Positions 29,001-44,000 of a stretch of DNA of 64,000 nucleotides are shown here, in pieces. The translations under genes were made by a program, and so were the position numbers. How positions within the stretch are numbered: the stretch's first letter is position 1; the number at the start of each line of letters is the position of its first letter. The stretch comes from Laetmonice hystrix (lineage: Eukaryota), in the NCBI GenBank assembly GCA_965235115.1, contig OZ249436.1, forward strand, positions 14,324,001-14,388,000. The letters are read 5' to 3'. The notes below the pieces were generated by a model. That model saw only the letters and a list, made by a program, of their open reading frames with translations, made no database searches and was not told the origin of the DNA.

Positions 29001-32000
29001 TGCCACACCTGGCGACTGTACTGCAGTGGGTAACTTGGGGTAGCCACTCCGGGGTGTCCGAGTAATTGAACAGATCACCTGTACAAACGCTTATCACATT
29101 CATCACACATGATTAATCCACATGCAATCAGTTCTTGGATTTCTAATCTTTACCGCCAATATTGACTGATAATATTGAAAACTGATCGCCATCCCAGTTA
29201 GGGCAAACTTCTGTCTGTACACATGTACTACATGGCGTCTCTCTTTGCTAATTACCAACCTCCACTATACAAACGTCATCCCCTAACTACAGTATCTAGC
29301 TGTCGTTCTAAGGCAGCGTTGGTACGGTACACACCTTCCTCATAGGTACCGCTATTGTATAAATCTATAAACTCCGAGTTGAAGAATCAAGCAATACTTG
29401 CATCTTGTAAGTCTAAACATCAAGCAGAAGCAATCTGTCGATCTGGCAACCAAATTAAGAAGCTTTCAGAACCACAAGTAGGTCCTACACTCCGATACGA
29501 TACGGCTTTCAGTCAGTGCCAGCATTGCCAACGCCCTGCATTTATTTTGGGTGGACAAAACTTTAACTCTCCTACAGAAAATGAACCAGATCTAGAAATA
29601 CATCTGAAGAATTCTATTGACTTTATTCGTACCTTTATAAACCAAATCCTGTACTTGCTCTGGTGTAAAGTCTGCTGAGGCTTTTATATTGTTATCCGGT
29701 AAGCTAGTGCTATCAGATTAATTAAAGATACATGTATTTTGATATGCATATTTCATAACTCCATAAAAGAGTTGAATGGTTATATGACGCATTGCTTCGC
29801 AACTACCGGTATAACATAAGTAGGAGGAGACAGAGAGCTCGCCTATATTTACCGCCATGATGCCCAGGAATACACAACACTTGAAACAGATCGGGTGAAC
29901 CCTGTTCCCTACGGGATTATCTGAGATAAATATGTTAAAAACCTCCGCCTCTACATAGCCTACAAAACGGCAAGCCCCGGTCCGCAATGTGTCCGCCCCG
30001 CCCGGCCCGACCCATCCCTAGCTGAGATAATCGATGGTGGTGGAGGATGGACACTTATTACCAGGACCAAGGTGAACATGGTCGGTGAGGGGATTACCAC
30101 TCGGGTCGACAGGTACGAGTGCGATAATCCTATCAGGCATCGTCTCAGACCGCCTCTCTACAGGTGGTCTCTCTCCCAGCCCTAGCATCAACCTCAGACC
30201 TGCCACACTGAAGGACGCTTCTTGTTGGAAAACTTCTTTGGCCCTTCCTCTAAACCATAGAACTATAGTCTACTCTAGGTCTATGTCTAAACGGAGCAGG
30301 TCTAAACCGTTTTTACTTGAAGTCACCAATTTCCGTACCTTTCTGGGTCCCGGATGCTAGTGAGACAACAGGAATATAAAAACATTAATAATACTTCACT
30401 GCCTGTATCCAAGGACTGAGTATTGAGTCTCCACCTCAGGGTCAGAGCATCCTATTCTATTTTTACATTTACCTGGTAAGATAGGCAACTGAACTGAATG
30501 TGACATTTAATATTATCTATCTAGATCGCATCTATCACTATTGCGTTGAACAATAGCTTTAATCTAACCTTAACATAAGAATTCAATGCCGCTTGAAGTT
30601 ACAGCTGGAAGGTTTGAGAAAAACTTTAAAGTTTCCATGAATGTTGTTTCCTTAACTCTCAATCACTCTGTAGCTCAAATAGCACTTACAATTTTGTCTT
30701 ATTGTTCAGTTACCTAAAGGCAATCAAATAGAATCAACTCTCCCTTGTGTCAAGATCTGAGACGTGACATCGAGCTCAGCACATGAGAAAACTTTCTGCT
30801 GCTAAGATCAACATGATCTCGACATCCGGTTCGACATATTCAAAGGAGGATTCTGCCTTTCAAAAGTATCACACAAGTCACATCACGAAATCAAACACCG
30901 ACTAGCTAGCTGTACAGTGTAATATATTTCATATCTCTAGTTTCACTTTCATTGCAGTCGTCTTCAAATCTAATATTAACGTTTAAAATTCGTGATGGCA
31001 TTACCATGGTAATGTGGGGATTCATGAGCTTCTGGCAGTCAACTCTGATTTCCTCTCCCATCATCTTCCTCCCATGAAAACAATTAACAGATCATAATTA
31101 TACAGGAAGCATGAAGAATTGCGCCTCCGGAATACCGCCTCCTGACTCGCCAACAACATTTTGAGACCAACACTTCTCTGTCAAATTACTTTTAGGGGCA
31201 TTTTCAAACAAAAACCTGTAAGACAGAGCATGATTTTCTTTCAAACTGCAGTTTGGTAAAGAATTCCCCCTGGAAGTCATTAGGCGGGAGCGGTCCTCTC
31301 AAGTCTTCACGCCATAGCATGACACCGGACGAGCTGGCTGGCACATGTCACAGATGTTTTACCCAAAGAAAGGCGATTGTCTCAAAGGAGCAACACAAGC
31401 ATGCTACATTCAAGGGACTAGAGCTGCCCCGCTGACAGCCTTCTAGTTGTTGTCCTCTTTAACATGCTGTATCACTAACTCCTCCACTTCATACACAAGT
31501 CCTCAACATGTACAAGTGCATTTCATCGGAAAAAAACAGCAGAAGTAACTATCCGACACACTACTCCAAATCTGGTGTCCACAAGTACTGCAAGGAGTCA
31601 GAGACACTCCAATGTGTTCATCTTTCTTCCTTCACATTGGACTAATGACAATCCAACCCTCCTGCAAGGCTTCCACCAGGCTGACGGAAGCCTTGATGGG
31701 AACAGGCATGTGGGACCTGGGACATAAAGACTTGCTAAAATAGCGAAAACCACTCAGATGAAACTGCCGTACATTAAAACTATTATAGAAAGAAAATTAG
31801 TCTATTTTCATTTCCATTTAGAGTACAGTAACATTTAATTAGTGTGCATGCTACTGACGTTTGAATCCGGCCCGTTGTATCTCACGAAAAAAGCTGCAAT
31901 TTAATGTAGTAAAGTTGACATACTTCACAGACTTTGTCAAATACTGCACGTTTCCAGCTGTATGTTCAATGTAATACTAACATTTGGTGCTTGTGTTTTG

Positions 32001-35000
32001 GTTCACTTTAATCTGTTCAAGAGCAGGCCTTGTTCAAATACAGACCATTGTACGAAGTGGGGACGACAGTGACGGCCTGACACTTTTATCAAACTGACGG
32101 TGACACTTGATTTTGACTGGTGACAGTAAATAACGACGGCGAACCTCTCCTAAAGGACAAGGAGCCATCCCCTTCTCACCATGAAAGAAACAACATTTTT
32201 CGAGTTTCTCTTTCAGAATCTGTGAAAAATAAACAATGGGAAGGTCACATATATATTTAGAAGGATAATCCTGAACTTTTGACCGACGCCGGTGTTGACA
32301 ACGGAGAAAAGGAAATGTCAGTTGTGATGAAAACCACGAGAAGGCACATTCTTCGTGACGGCGTGCCTGGCGCTGGAAATCTGCCTTACTTTGATCCAGG
32401 CCAAGTGGAAAACCCAACACCTCTAATTAAGCTTTCGGGCTCAAATTAAACCGTCTTTTAAAGTGGATAACAGTGCTCTGTAGCACTTTGTGTTTACAAA
32501 CAATATTCCAAACCTTGATGTCATTACAAAATACTAATTACGATAATGTGTTCAGTGAAGTTGTACTCTTCCAGACATCACTACCTGAATCACCTAGATC
32601 CACACCATCCCACCCACCTATTTGTCAACCTCATCTCTCAATAACAAGATCCTAAATTACAACCTGGCTGAAATAACTCGCTTGTGTAATTAATATACTA
32701 TACAATATGACGTGGCCGGCCCAGCTTGACGCCGCCTATAGTAATCTCCGGGGCCGTGACAATCGTTGAAAGTCCGATGAGTTGAACAGGCAGCTGACGA
32801 CGGTGTCATGACTGTGTCATGACTGTGTCATGACTGTGTCATGACGGTGTCATGACTGTGTCATGACTGTGCCATGACTGTGTCATGACCGAGTCACTGT
32901 CAGCCCGCCAGCGATGGCTCAGCCGACGGCTGATGGCTGAGCCCTGAAACCTATCTTCACCCAGATTTCTCCAACTAATCCTAGGTGGGAGGAGAGAGAG
33001 GTCCTTTGTCATTCCCACATTTCCCAAGATATCCACTAATTCTTATCCCAGCCAACGATCCGAAACTCAAAACTCCTAATGTAATGGGCGAAATTAATGG
33101 GTTTAATATTAAAACGAAATTATATGTAGTGAGTGAGTGAGGGAGTGATGGTGGTTTTACGCCGTGTCGGCATCCAGGGCCATCTTCACGGCGAAAACAG
33201 AGTAAAAAGACCATAAAATGAAAAGGACCTACATATCCCGGACCCCAACGGGAATATCTTTGAAGCACAACAGGGCTACCGACAACCCTGAACTATAAAA
33301 GAGTCAGAAGTCCAGCCTCTGACAAAAACTCAAAAATCACTCCCGGTCTGACACTGCTAAAAAGATCCCCAAGACTTGTCTCATTAAAAACCGTTGTAAA
33401 ATCACCACACTCGAGTAAAAGATGCTTCATTGTCAAAGGACGCTGACAGCCACAACACTCTGGAGGCGGCTCCCCCTTGGGTTAATCTAGAATGACCAAT
33501 TCTGCATCGAGTAAAAACAATTTTATGTCTACGTTGGGTTAGGCCGTGATGATACCTTTGGTTTACCACGTGACTGATCTGATACAATTTATTGTTTGGT
33601 TGTTCATCCCATTCGGCCTGTCATCTGTTCTTAACGTAAGCCCAGATGGTAGGTCTGAAATCAGAGGCTGGGATTAGACACGGTTCGACGTCTATATCGA
33701 GAGCCCTCTTGGCAGTTCTGTCGGCTTGCTCATTGCCCGGGATTCCAACATGACCGGGCACCCAGCAAAAGTGAATATCAAAGTTTGCATTGGCAAGCAC
33801 TGCCAACTTGGACATGATTTGAACGATCACGGGGTGATCTGTGTTCAAGTTTGCTTGCAGACAGGCTAAGGAATCCGAGAAAATGAGGAAGTCCTTTTTG
33901 TTAGAAACGTCAATATTTTGAAGAGCAAGAAGCAGGGAATGAGCCTCTGCTGAGAAGAGGGAGCTTTGCCCTAAGATGCGGGTGCCGAAGTTGTGCTTGC
34001 CATGAACTGCTGCTGCAGACACATCATTGCCATCCTTTGAGCCATCAGTATAGAAGGCATAATGTGAGGGATACCTTGCCTTGACGTCAAGAAAATGTTC
34101 AAAATATGTCAGGGGATGAGTCTCTGCCTTCTTCAGTTGAGCCAACTGAAGAATGAAGTCAGGCTTTTCCAAGTCCCAAGGAGGAATGTTGCAAAAATGT
34201 GTCTGTCCCAGGACGTTCAGATCAACATCCAACTCCTCTAAATGAGGTTTGACCCACAGTCCAAAAGGACGTACGTTTCCTTTCGTTATTATAAATGTTG
34301 CAGTTGGAACTGAGGGTGAAAAACGCAATTGTAAAAATCGCAATACTTGATTTGAACTATTTGTATTATATGTAGTAAAAAGGTAAAGAACATAGTCATC
34401 TCGCTCTGCTTTTAGGGGGAAATATATATCTTATGAGATCTATGAGACCTTGGCAATTACAGCCAGCTGCTGTGAACAAACTCAGAAGGACTCTATTCAC
34501 ATCAGGATCCAGGAATACAATACAGTCCCTCCCCCTCCCGCCGCCACGCTCCTCGGACTTGCAGCGTGAATCCAGGATATTGATTGAAGGCATTATGCCA
34601 TGCCGGAGAATATAACCAGACCGCCAGGTCACCCGGCGGGAGATTGTTCAATGGTAAAATGTCGACTGACCATGTAATTATTCCCAATCCATTATCTTGG
34701 GAGGCAAAGCAACAAGTTCAGCCTCAGTCGGTCGCCCAATTTAGGCATCCCCGGACATCAACAGTAATGATATTAAATAGGTGGTTGTGATAAAAATAAA
34801 TGTGTTTTCCTGCCTGCTCCTCTCGGAGGAGTTGGCTTGCTCCTAATGGATTCCGGCCAAAGAAGGTCCAAGGATGTGTCTAAACTGGTTTTTCTCGAAC
34901 GTTCATGGACACCATCTGCACACCCTGCAGACTCACGTTAGCCAGTAAAAACTGGGGAGATACTTTATAACTGTCTACCGTACGATCGCAGACAGATTCA

Positions 35001-38000
35001 ACTATCTTACTTTAACTATTGTTACAATTAGTTGAACCACAGAGAGAACTTCTCTGAAAGCTCTTAAGAAATATCCTTGTTTGACACACTGACTTCTTTC
35101 AGGGTAAATTTCCTGTCGGTCTTTTTAACAAATATTTCATTTATATACGGGTACAAGAACCTCCTAACATGAAATCTTTATTTCTTGGAAGTAAATATAA
35201 ATTACAAATAGTTTGTTCCAGGAAATCAAGAACAAGACCGCAACCCGTTGATAAAGATTAGCGCTAATGGTCACGACGTACAGCGTTAGGAAACAACGAA
35301 CCCGCTGGTGTGAGCGACCGACAGTGTGGCGTGATGTGACCACAGGGCTGGCCGCTGGCCCCGGGCCATGGGCTTTACCATGTTTGTGACCTACAACACT
35401 TAGGGGATGGATTAAAGCCAGGATTACGGCGGCCCACCGTGTGACATTCACTTAGTGTCTGCACACAGCTGGCGCTGAGATCCGCCGGTGACGGTGGAGC
35501 TAACTCACCTACCGCTAGACCACCGGCTTCTTAAGCCCACCACTTGTAAACAGTTCCAACTTCCAGCTTTGGCTCCTGTTTACTTGCTCTTAAAGCTCTC
35601 ACAACAATGAAACGAACATTTGTCCTAAGTCTTCTGAGACAGCTCTTGTTTTACAAAGAGAAAAAAAAGCTAATCGATCGAGAAATCTTGCATTCGTTTC
35701 CAGCTTCTGAAACAAAAGGGGGATTGAAGCATTCAAGAGACCTAGGCCTCGACACAGTGGCGTCCCCAATCAATGGAAACCAATCCGGCCTCTGTGTGCG
35801 TTCCCAATCAATGGGAACCAATCAGGTCTCTGTGTGCGACCCCAATCAATGGGAACCAATCTGGTCTCTGTGTGCGTCCCCAATCAATGGGAACCAATCC
35901 GGTCTCTGTGTGCGTCCCCAATCAATGGGAACCAATCCGGTCTCTGTGTGCGACCCCAATCAATGGCAACCAATCTGGTCTCTGTGTGCGTCCCCAATCA
36001 ATGGGAACCAATCCGGTCTCTGTGTGCGTCCCCAATCAATGGGAACCAATCCGGTCTCTGTGTGCGACCCCAATCAATGGGAACCAATCTGGTCTCTGTG
36101 TGCGTCCCCAATCAATGGGAACCAATCCGGTCTCTGTGTGCGTCCCCAATCAATGGGAACCAATCCGGTCTCTGTGTGCGTCCCCAATCAATGGGAACCA
36201 ATCTGGTCTGTGTGCGTCCCCAATCAATGGGAACCAATCAGGTCTCTGTGTGCGTCCCCAATCAATGGAAACCAATCCAGTCTCTTTGTGTGGGGACCAA
36301 CACAGGTAGACCTAATGACACAGGGCCTACGTTTCCAGGTATAATCAAGAATGGTGGGGTGTAGGATTTTTTGTGACGTCAAAACGCAGCGCCCCCCATG
36401 AACGACTGAGGTGGAGATGTAAACAAAGTTCAGGGTCGATTTGATGCGGCTGTTGACACGAACGTAATTACGAATTTGGTATTAAAGAAATATGGAAATG
36501 AGACAAAACTCATGCCCGGGCAGCTTCGGTCGCAATCCCCACAATTTATTGCCGCACAGATACCGCCGAGCGGTTCTTCCCCCATGATAACTTTCCACGA
36601 AATGTTTGGGCAGGGGTTAGGGTTAAGGTCCAGGGATAGGGATAGGATAGGGATATGTTTTTGGGAGGTGTAGGGCCTCGGGTTAGGGGTTAGGGATAAG
36701 GTCAGGGCCATGGATCTTTACTTTCCACCAAATTTCGTGGGGTTTAAGTTATCATGGGCGATATACCCGCCGAGCCGCCCTGCGGGACCACCTACGATGC
36801 ATATCCTACACTCCACCATTCTTGGTATAACCTTCACCTGGCGCTGTCTTTTGCCACGTTCCTCCATCTCTGCTGGATTAGTAGGTAAGACTGAGCTCTG
36901 ATCCTCTTAGGCCATGGTCTCAGTGACAGGTCTGCCTGCGTGGGGAAAATCTAACTATCACGGTCACCACCTACTTACATCAGTTGGGCCTTCGTTTGTT
37001 CTGGGGACCGTTTCACTAAACACTCGTATTTTACGAGCTCGTATTTTTTTATAGATCAAAATAGCAAAATGTGCGAGTTTTTGCTTCTTTAAGAGCTTTT
37101 AGGCCATATACGAGCTCGTACAGTGTTAGTGAAACGAGCCCCTGGGCTGCTAAACCTTTGGAACAGACAAGAAGCATATCAATTCTCTGCAATTCTGATT
37201 ATCTTGGTTTTGAATTGTCAACTCACCCTGAGCGTGCGATCATAGGAGGCACTGAAGACTTTGTTCCCGGACGGCGTATTCAGGACAGCAAGAGCGTTGA
37301 CCGTCCCAGTGTGACCTACTAACTGTGGTAACTGGTTGTGAGATGATAGATCCCACACCTGCAGTTATAAATTATAGAAATAGAAACAATATGTGAAGAG
37401 AGATAGAAGGAAAACTATTCACATTTCGTTATCATTTTGTGTAACCCCCAGCGATAATTATGAGGGGTTGTAAAAAGGCATAACCGATTTCTTTGGTTGA
37501 AAATGGTAAATGTCAATTATTGGGCTCGTTGTATAATAAATTGTCAGATTTTTTCCGTATGTGGTCCGTATATGTTCCGTATATTTACGACTGTGGTGAA
37601 GATACGACGCGGAAAATATGTGGAGGACTTACGATGCTTGCGTTGCATAATCATTTTCATAACTTCTCCGCAGGGGTCGTAAGCAATGTAGTCCATTTGC
37701 CAAAAAGAGTAACCTATAAATTTTCTATATTACCAGTTTTGTTATGGATTCATAATCTGTGGGCCACCCTGAAGCATTTCTGACTGGTTGTCACCATGAC
37801 AACCTTGGGCAACTTATTAAATATGCAACTTACGATGCTTGCGTTGCATAATCATTTTCATAACTTCTCAGCAGGGTTTGGAAGCAATGTAGTCCATATA
37901 CCTCAACCTTGGAAACCCAGGTCTAGGTGAGCACTTTTACAAAATAACACGAACTGCTCCAAGGACCATATTCACCAAAGTCGGATTTTCCGCAATGACT

Positions 38001-41000
38001 GCCGTAATTTGCATAATTCATCGGCGTACAACTTTTAAAATGCCTTTGGGTCATTCCGTGCGGAATCACCTGAAATCCAGAAATCTTCCCAGGTGACCAT
38101 CTCAGATTTTTATGATTTTTTGTTTACAGGTACCTCCATATGTGTGATGAACACATGCAAAATCTTTTGCTCCAACTCCCAGTAGTTTTCCAGAAATTAA
38201 TTTTTGAAATTTGTGTGTCGGTGCAGACTTTATACGTAGAAAGTCATTTTTGTGTTTTTTCCCATTTTCAAAGCGTTATATCTCAGGACTGGTTGCATGT
38301 ATCAGGCTGAAATTTGGTATGTGCAAGGTCCCCTACCCACATAGTCAGTGCCAATCATCAAAGTTGTGCTAAATTGCAATTATTTATTTTTTATAGCTGA
38401 CTGAAAATGGCATTTTGTTCATATCGGAACATTTTTTTCAAACTTTAGGGGGCTCTACACAAAATGTGTAGTAAGTGATCATCTTCATATTACACAGCTT
38501 ACCTCAGTAGATTCCCACCTTGTGTTTAGCCAAAAACAATGCCCATCACAATAATAGTTTTTGAGCTGTAGCTCCATAAAAATCGATCATGGTTGAAAAA
38601 CGTCGAAAAAAGCTCTCCATTCTAGGTCGGATTTCACCATGTAGGCAACTACTCAGACACTTCAAATTTGTTTAAAAGGTAGAATGTCTATATGACATTT
38701 GTCAGTAGAATTCTTTTTATCTAACTCAAAAGGCTTCATGTTTAAAAAAAAAAGTTTAGACAGTATTAAACAGAATGTAGAAATCCATAATATCTTATTA
38801 AAATATATCTAAAATGGATTTAGCATAGTTTATAACTACTAAATAACTACTGAACATACATCTGTTCATAGTCATAATTAATTCATAATTAAATGATTAA
38901 ATTAAGTAATTAAATAATTAATTATTTAATTAATTAATTAATTAATCTAAAATGGATTTAGCATAGTTTATGCCTACTAAATAACTACTGAACAATTATC
39001 TGTTCAAAATCATAATTAATTCATAATTAAATAATTAAATAAAATAATTAAATAAAATAATTAAATAAAATAATTAAATAATTAATTAAATAAATTAAAT
39101 TAATTAAGTTAATTAATTAATTAATCTAAAATGGATTTAGCACAGTTTATGCGTTAAAAACAAGCCAAAAACAATGCCCATCAAAGGAGTAGTTTTTGAG
39201 CTTTTGCTGCATAAAAATCGGTTATGTTTGAAAAATGTCGAAAAAATCTCTCCATGTTTTTTAACTAACTCACAAGGCTTCATGGTAAAATAAATTTATT
39301 TAATTATTTATTTAATTTATTTACTTAATTATTTAATTTAGTTTATTTATTTACTTAATTATTTTATTTAATTAAATTAGTTAATCAAATTAGTTAATTA
39401 AATTAGTTCATTAAATTAGTTAATTATTTAATTATGAATTAATTATGATTATGAACGGATGAATGTTCAGTAGTTATTTAGTAGGCATAAACTATGCTAA
39501 ATCCATTTTAGATTAATTTATTAATTCAATTAATTTATTTAATTAATTATTTTATTTAATTATTTAATTTAATTATTTAATTATGAATTAATTATAATTA
39601 TGAACAGATGTATGTTCAGTAGATATTTAGTAGGCATAAACTATGTTAAATACATTTTAGATATATTTAAATGAGATATAATGGATTTCTACATTCTGTT
39701 TAATACTGTCTAAACTGGTATTTTTTAAAACATGAAGCCTTTTCAGTTAGATAAAAAGAATTCTACTGACAAATGTCATATAGTAATTCTACCTTTTGAA
39801 AAAAATTGAAGTGTCTGAGTAGTTGCCTACATGGTGAAATCCTACCTAGAATGGAAAGCTTTTTTCGACGTTTTTCACACATAATCAGTTTTCATTCAGC
39901 TACAGCTCAAAAACTATTAGTATGATGGGCATTGTTTCTGGTTAAACACAAGCTGGTAATCTACTGAGGTAAGCTTTGTAATATGAAGATGATCACTTAA
40001 TACACATTTTGTGTAGAGCCCCCTAAAGTTTGAAAAAAATGTTCCGATATGAACAAAATGCCATTTTCAGTCAGCTATAAAAAATAAAAAATGCAATTTA
40101 GCACAACTTTGATGATTGGCACTGAATATGTGGGTAGGGGACCTTGCACATACCAAATTTCAGCCTGATACATGTAACCAGTCCTGAGATATAACGCTTT
40201 AAAAATGGGAAAAAACACAAAAATGACTTTTGACATGCACAGTATGCACCGACACACATATTTTAAAAATTAATATCTGAAAAACTACTGGAAGTTGGAG
40301 CAAAAAATTTTGTATGCGTTCATCAAACATGTGGAGGTACTTGTAAAAAAAAAATCATAAAAATCTGAGATGGTCACCTGGGAGGCTCTAGGTGAAACCG
40401 CGTGGAATGACCCCTTTATCGTAATCCTTGACCTCAAAACCCTAGGCCTAGACCCCATTTTTATCGCAATAGCCTGCATAATGCTAAAGTTATTCAAGAA
40501 TGTAGATTTTCCGGAAATGGCGACCATAATTTGCATATTTGTCCCTATTTGCATATGGAAAAGTTGCCCAAGGTTAATTGTCATGGGGACAACCAATCAG
40601 AAATGCTTCAGGGTGGCCCATAGATTATGAATCTATCAAAAAACTTTCTTTAGAAAAATTCATAGATTACCCCTTTTGGCAAATGGACTAGTACCCCGTT
40701 TCTCTTGACAGGCGAAAACGTTTGCGAAATTTACCCTCTCTTTGGTAATGAACCATCGCGTTCACCCTTGGGTAATACTCTTGTCTAGCACGCCGTCTTC
40801 TCAATGCAAACAAGTCGGCCATTCCCCTTTTCATTAGGCATTGAAATAGACATACATGCAGACAATATTTTTGGACAATTTACTGAAGATTTACGGACGA
40901 TTTATGGACGAATTATGGCCCTTAAAGAAGATACGATGGCCTCCCCGGTTGTCGTATCTTAGGGTTATTTACGGACAAGATGCGGGAGAAATCCGACAAA

Positions 41001-44000
41001 GATATTGTTTATACAATGCAATGACACTTGTGGCATACTTACGGACACCTGCGGAGTTATCATAATCTTTTCCCTAAGTTTATACAATGGGCCCATAGTC
41101 CCAAAGGATCTCAATCATGTCACCAAAGAAATACCTTTTAGTTTAGTTTACTTTAGTTAAAAACAATGCGAATCACTGTTATTAACACAGGATGCATGTG
41201 AGTCTTTTCATTAATATTCTGTGAAGATTAAAGTCATGGTTTTTTTAAAGCAGCCATGTACTGTCTGTTAATCTAATTAACACGTCTTCTTTCACTGGGT
41301 GAATCTATATAGAACTCTTTTGGAAAGATTGTTGTTTTCTTTCTACGTACAATGACCTAAACCATGAGAGGGCGATTATCTGAGACTGTACCATCTTAAG
41401 TTTGTACTGACGTGGATGTTATTCTCGTACGTTCCACAGAGAATGTAGCAGTTAGTGATGACGATGGAGTAGACGCTGCCTCCGGACGTGTCCAGATTCC
41501 GTACACACTCCAGGGTCTCTAGGTCCCAGATCTACACACCAACAAAATCCAAATCATCATCCTCCGCCCTAAGGTACAACAGCTACTGAAGACACACATA
41601 GGAGAAAAGATACACAACAATGCACTGATGGGATTTCCTCCCCTCAAGCAAGAATACATTCCAAGTTTTGTGCTCTGCTCATGTTGGAATTCTAATTTTC
41701 TTTTCTTGATGTATGAGCTGTTCCGTAGTTCTAAGAAGAATATAATGTTTGAAGCATAGTGACATATCCTATTATAATATTTTTTTTAACAGAACGTTGT
41801 TAACAGCCGTATTTCTACTGTCCTCGGGTTCAAGGGCCTGAGAAATATAACCATGTGCAAATGAAATCCATCAATCAATTGTTACTGCATAGAGAATTGA
41901 ATTCCTATCAAATGTATCACTTATTCTCCGATTTAGTATTACAAATACAGTCAATCAAGTACGAAGCCTTAGTGGAACAACTAGACTTAGGAATCATCGT
42001 ACTCTTCTTGAGACATTTTCGAGTTTGAAGCGAAATGTATTTTTTACAAAATTCAAAGGCAGATACCGCTGGTAATGCCACCGCATGTTTTCCGCGAATC
42101 CGTTTCCTGCAAGAGCTGTTTTACGTTTAAGAGCCCTCCAATATCAAGCACTGGTGATCTTGATGATCCTTCAGAAATTTTAATTCTCCATTGCATCAAT
42201 AACTGACTAATATTTTATTGATTACAACATGTTATTGCACACAAGGTCCAATGTTCAAGGCAATTTGCCGAGAGTGACTGTCATAACGCTAGTGCCATAT
42301 TTCGCCAAGCCCCGACATCGATGTTTCCATAAAGACCACGGCACCCTGGTCGCCTGAAGAGCGCAATGAACATTGCCAATTCTGTACCGTAAAACTGAAT
42401 CTCATCTGTTGGATTTTCTGGCTCATGATTTTGGGAAAGATTTACTTCTTCGTGGATTTTCTGTCTTCCATTCCTCTCCCATAGTTAATCCAGATATTGT
42501 AGCCCCCCCCCCCCCCCCATCACCACCACCACACACGGCAGTGTTGTTTGCAATGGCTGGTCTAGCTTCTTTGCCTTCCGAGACATTACGATCATTCTAA
42601 TCAGATCTGCTGTTAAAGAGGTAGAGTCTTTTTTTTATTGTTGCTGCATTTAAACAAAATTACTTTACCATAAAACATATTTTTAAATACATACTAATTA
42701 CCCAGTCCCTCAATAGCGTCTTGTCTACTATGCAAAATGTTGGAGGCGTTTGAGAAACCAACTTAAAAACTATTGAGACTAAATCAGTGGTGATCATTTT
42801 ATGCAGTGCACTTAGTAAATTCTTTCCAATTTAAAACGGCAAAAAAAAGTCCTGTCTGCTTCGCCTGGGAAAATATTAATGTAATGTAAGACGTGTTCTC
42901 GGATCGATTAAATCACATCCAATTATGTGGGATGACGTGCCCACCCTGTTACCTTTTGCCTTTGATCATCTTTGAAACCAAAACCTACTGCTTGGCTAAT
43001 TACATATCAAATAAATTAACATCCTAGGACGATAATTAGTCACACAGCAGATGTGACATGATGGGTCATCCATAAAAAAAAATTAAATTCTAAATTTGTT
43101 CTCAATTACCCAACTGAAAGTGCCAGTTCAAAACTTTCCCACAGTGTTTTTTGACGTCTCCATGCTTACGACTCCTGCCAGAACTGGATATTTACATTCT
43201 CTTCTATCTGGTCACGTCTTAAATCAAACGGTAAATTACCATTAACGTCCCTACCAAATTACGAAAGGTACATACCTTAATTGTTTCATATGAGCCACTG
43301 TAGAGGAAGTTCTGTGAGGCGACCAATGCCCGCACCCAGTGGTTTAGTCCCTTGATTTCATGCTTCAGTTGGAAGGACAGCACATCCCAGACCTGAACGG
43401 AGACAGACAGTCAGTCCACACAATATTGGCTGACCCATACGGTGTTAGTCATTCGAACAGGACAGCTCCTGTCATACATAGTCACACGTTTTATACACCT
43501 ACTGATGTAGACCCTAAAAATATATCATGTATTAGAAATTCTCATCACGACCTCTTCACTGGCCTTCGATTTATTAAAGGGAAGGCAAAATACATTAATG
43601 TGCAGAAAGTATTTAAAAATATTTATAACTCTTATATGACCAGCTGGTTGTTTGTCCATGCATCACAGATAAGATATTCCCCCAAAACAAACCGGGTAAA
43701 AGACGATCGTCTTTTTAGGTTCAATGAAAAATATCCAATTTCGCCCGCAAATTTGGCAAGAAAATATACCCAAAATGAAGTATAGAGGCAGCATTCTATA
43801 GTTAAGGACTCCTAAGTATTGTCCAAATGTGTTTTAAGACTGCCGATTTTCGAATTTTGTTGCCAGTTTACCTTCTCTTTAACTTCTATTCTCCATTGCC
43901 TGAAAATCATCATGTAACGCTTTACCTGTGCTGAAACTGCTTCATCACCGCACTGAAACTGCCCTATCACCCTCAGCTAAAGTTAGTGCCTCAGAGGCTG

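Noticed and set aside
30030..30075. Plus-strand DGGGGWTLI resembling a fibrinogen-domain motif
   Set aside because: No other fibrinogen-domain residues or exons nearby; likely chance.
35607..36364. 245, 178 and 176 aa Cys-rich repeat ORFs
   Set aside because: They arise from a stop-free 38-bp unit that is not a multiple of 3; no splice or homology support.
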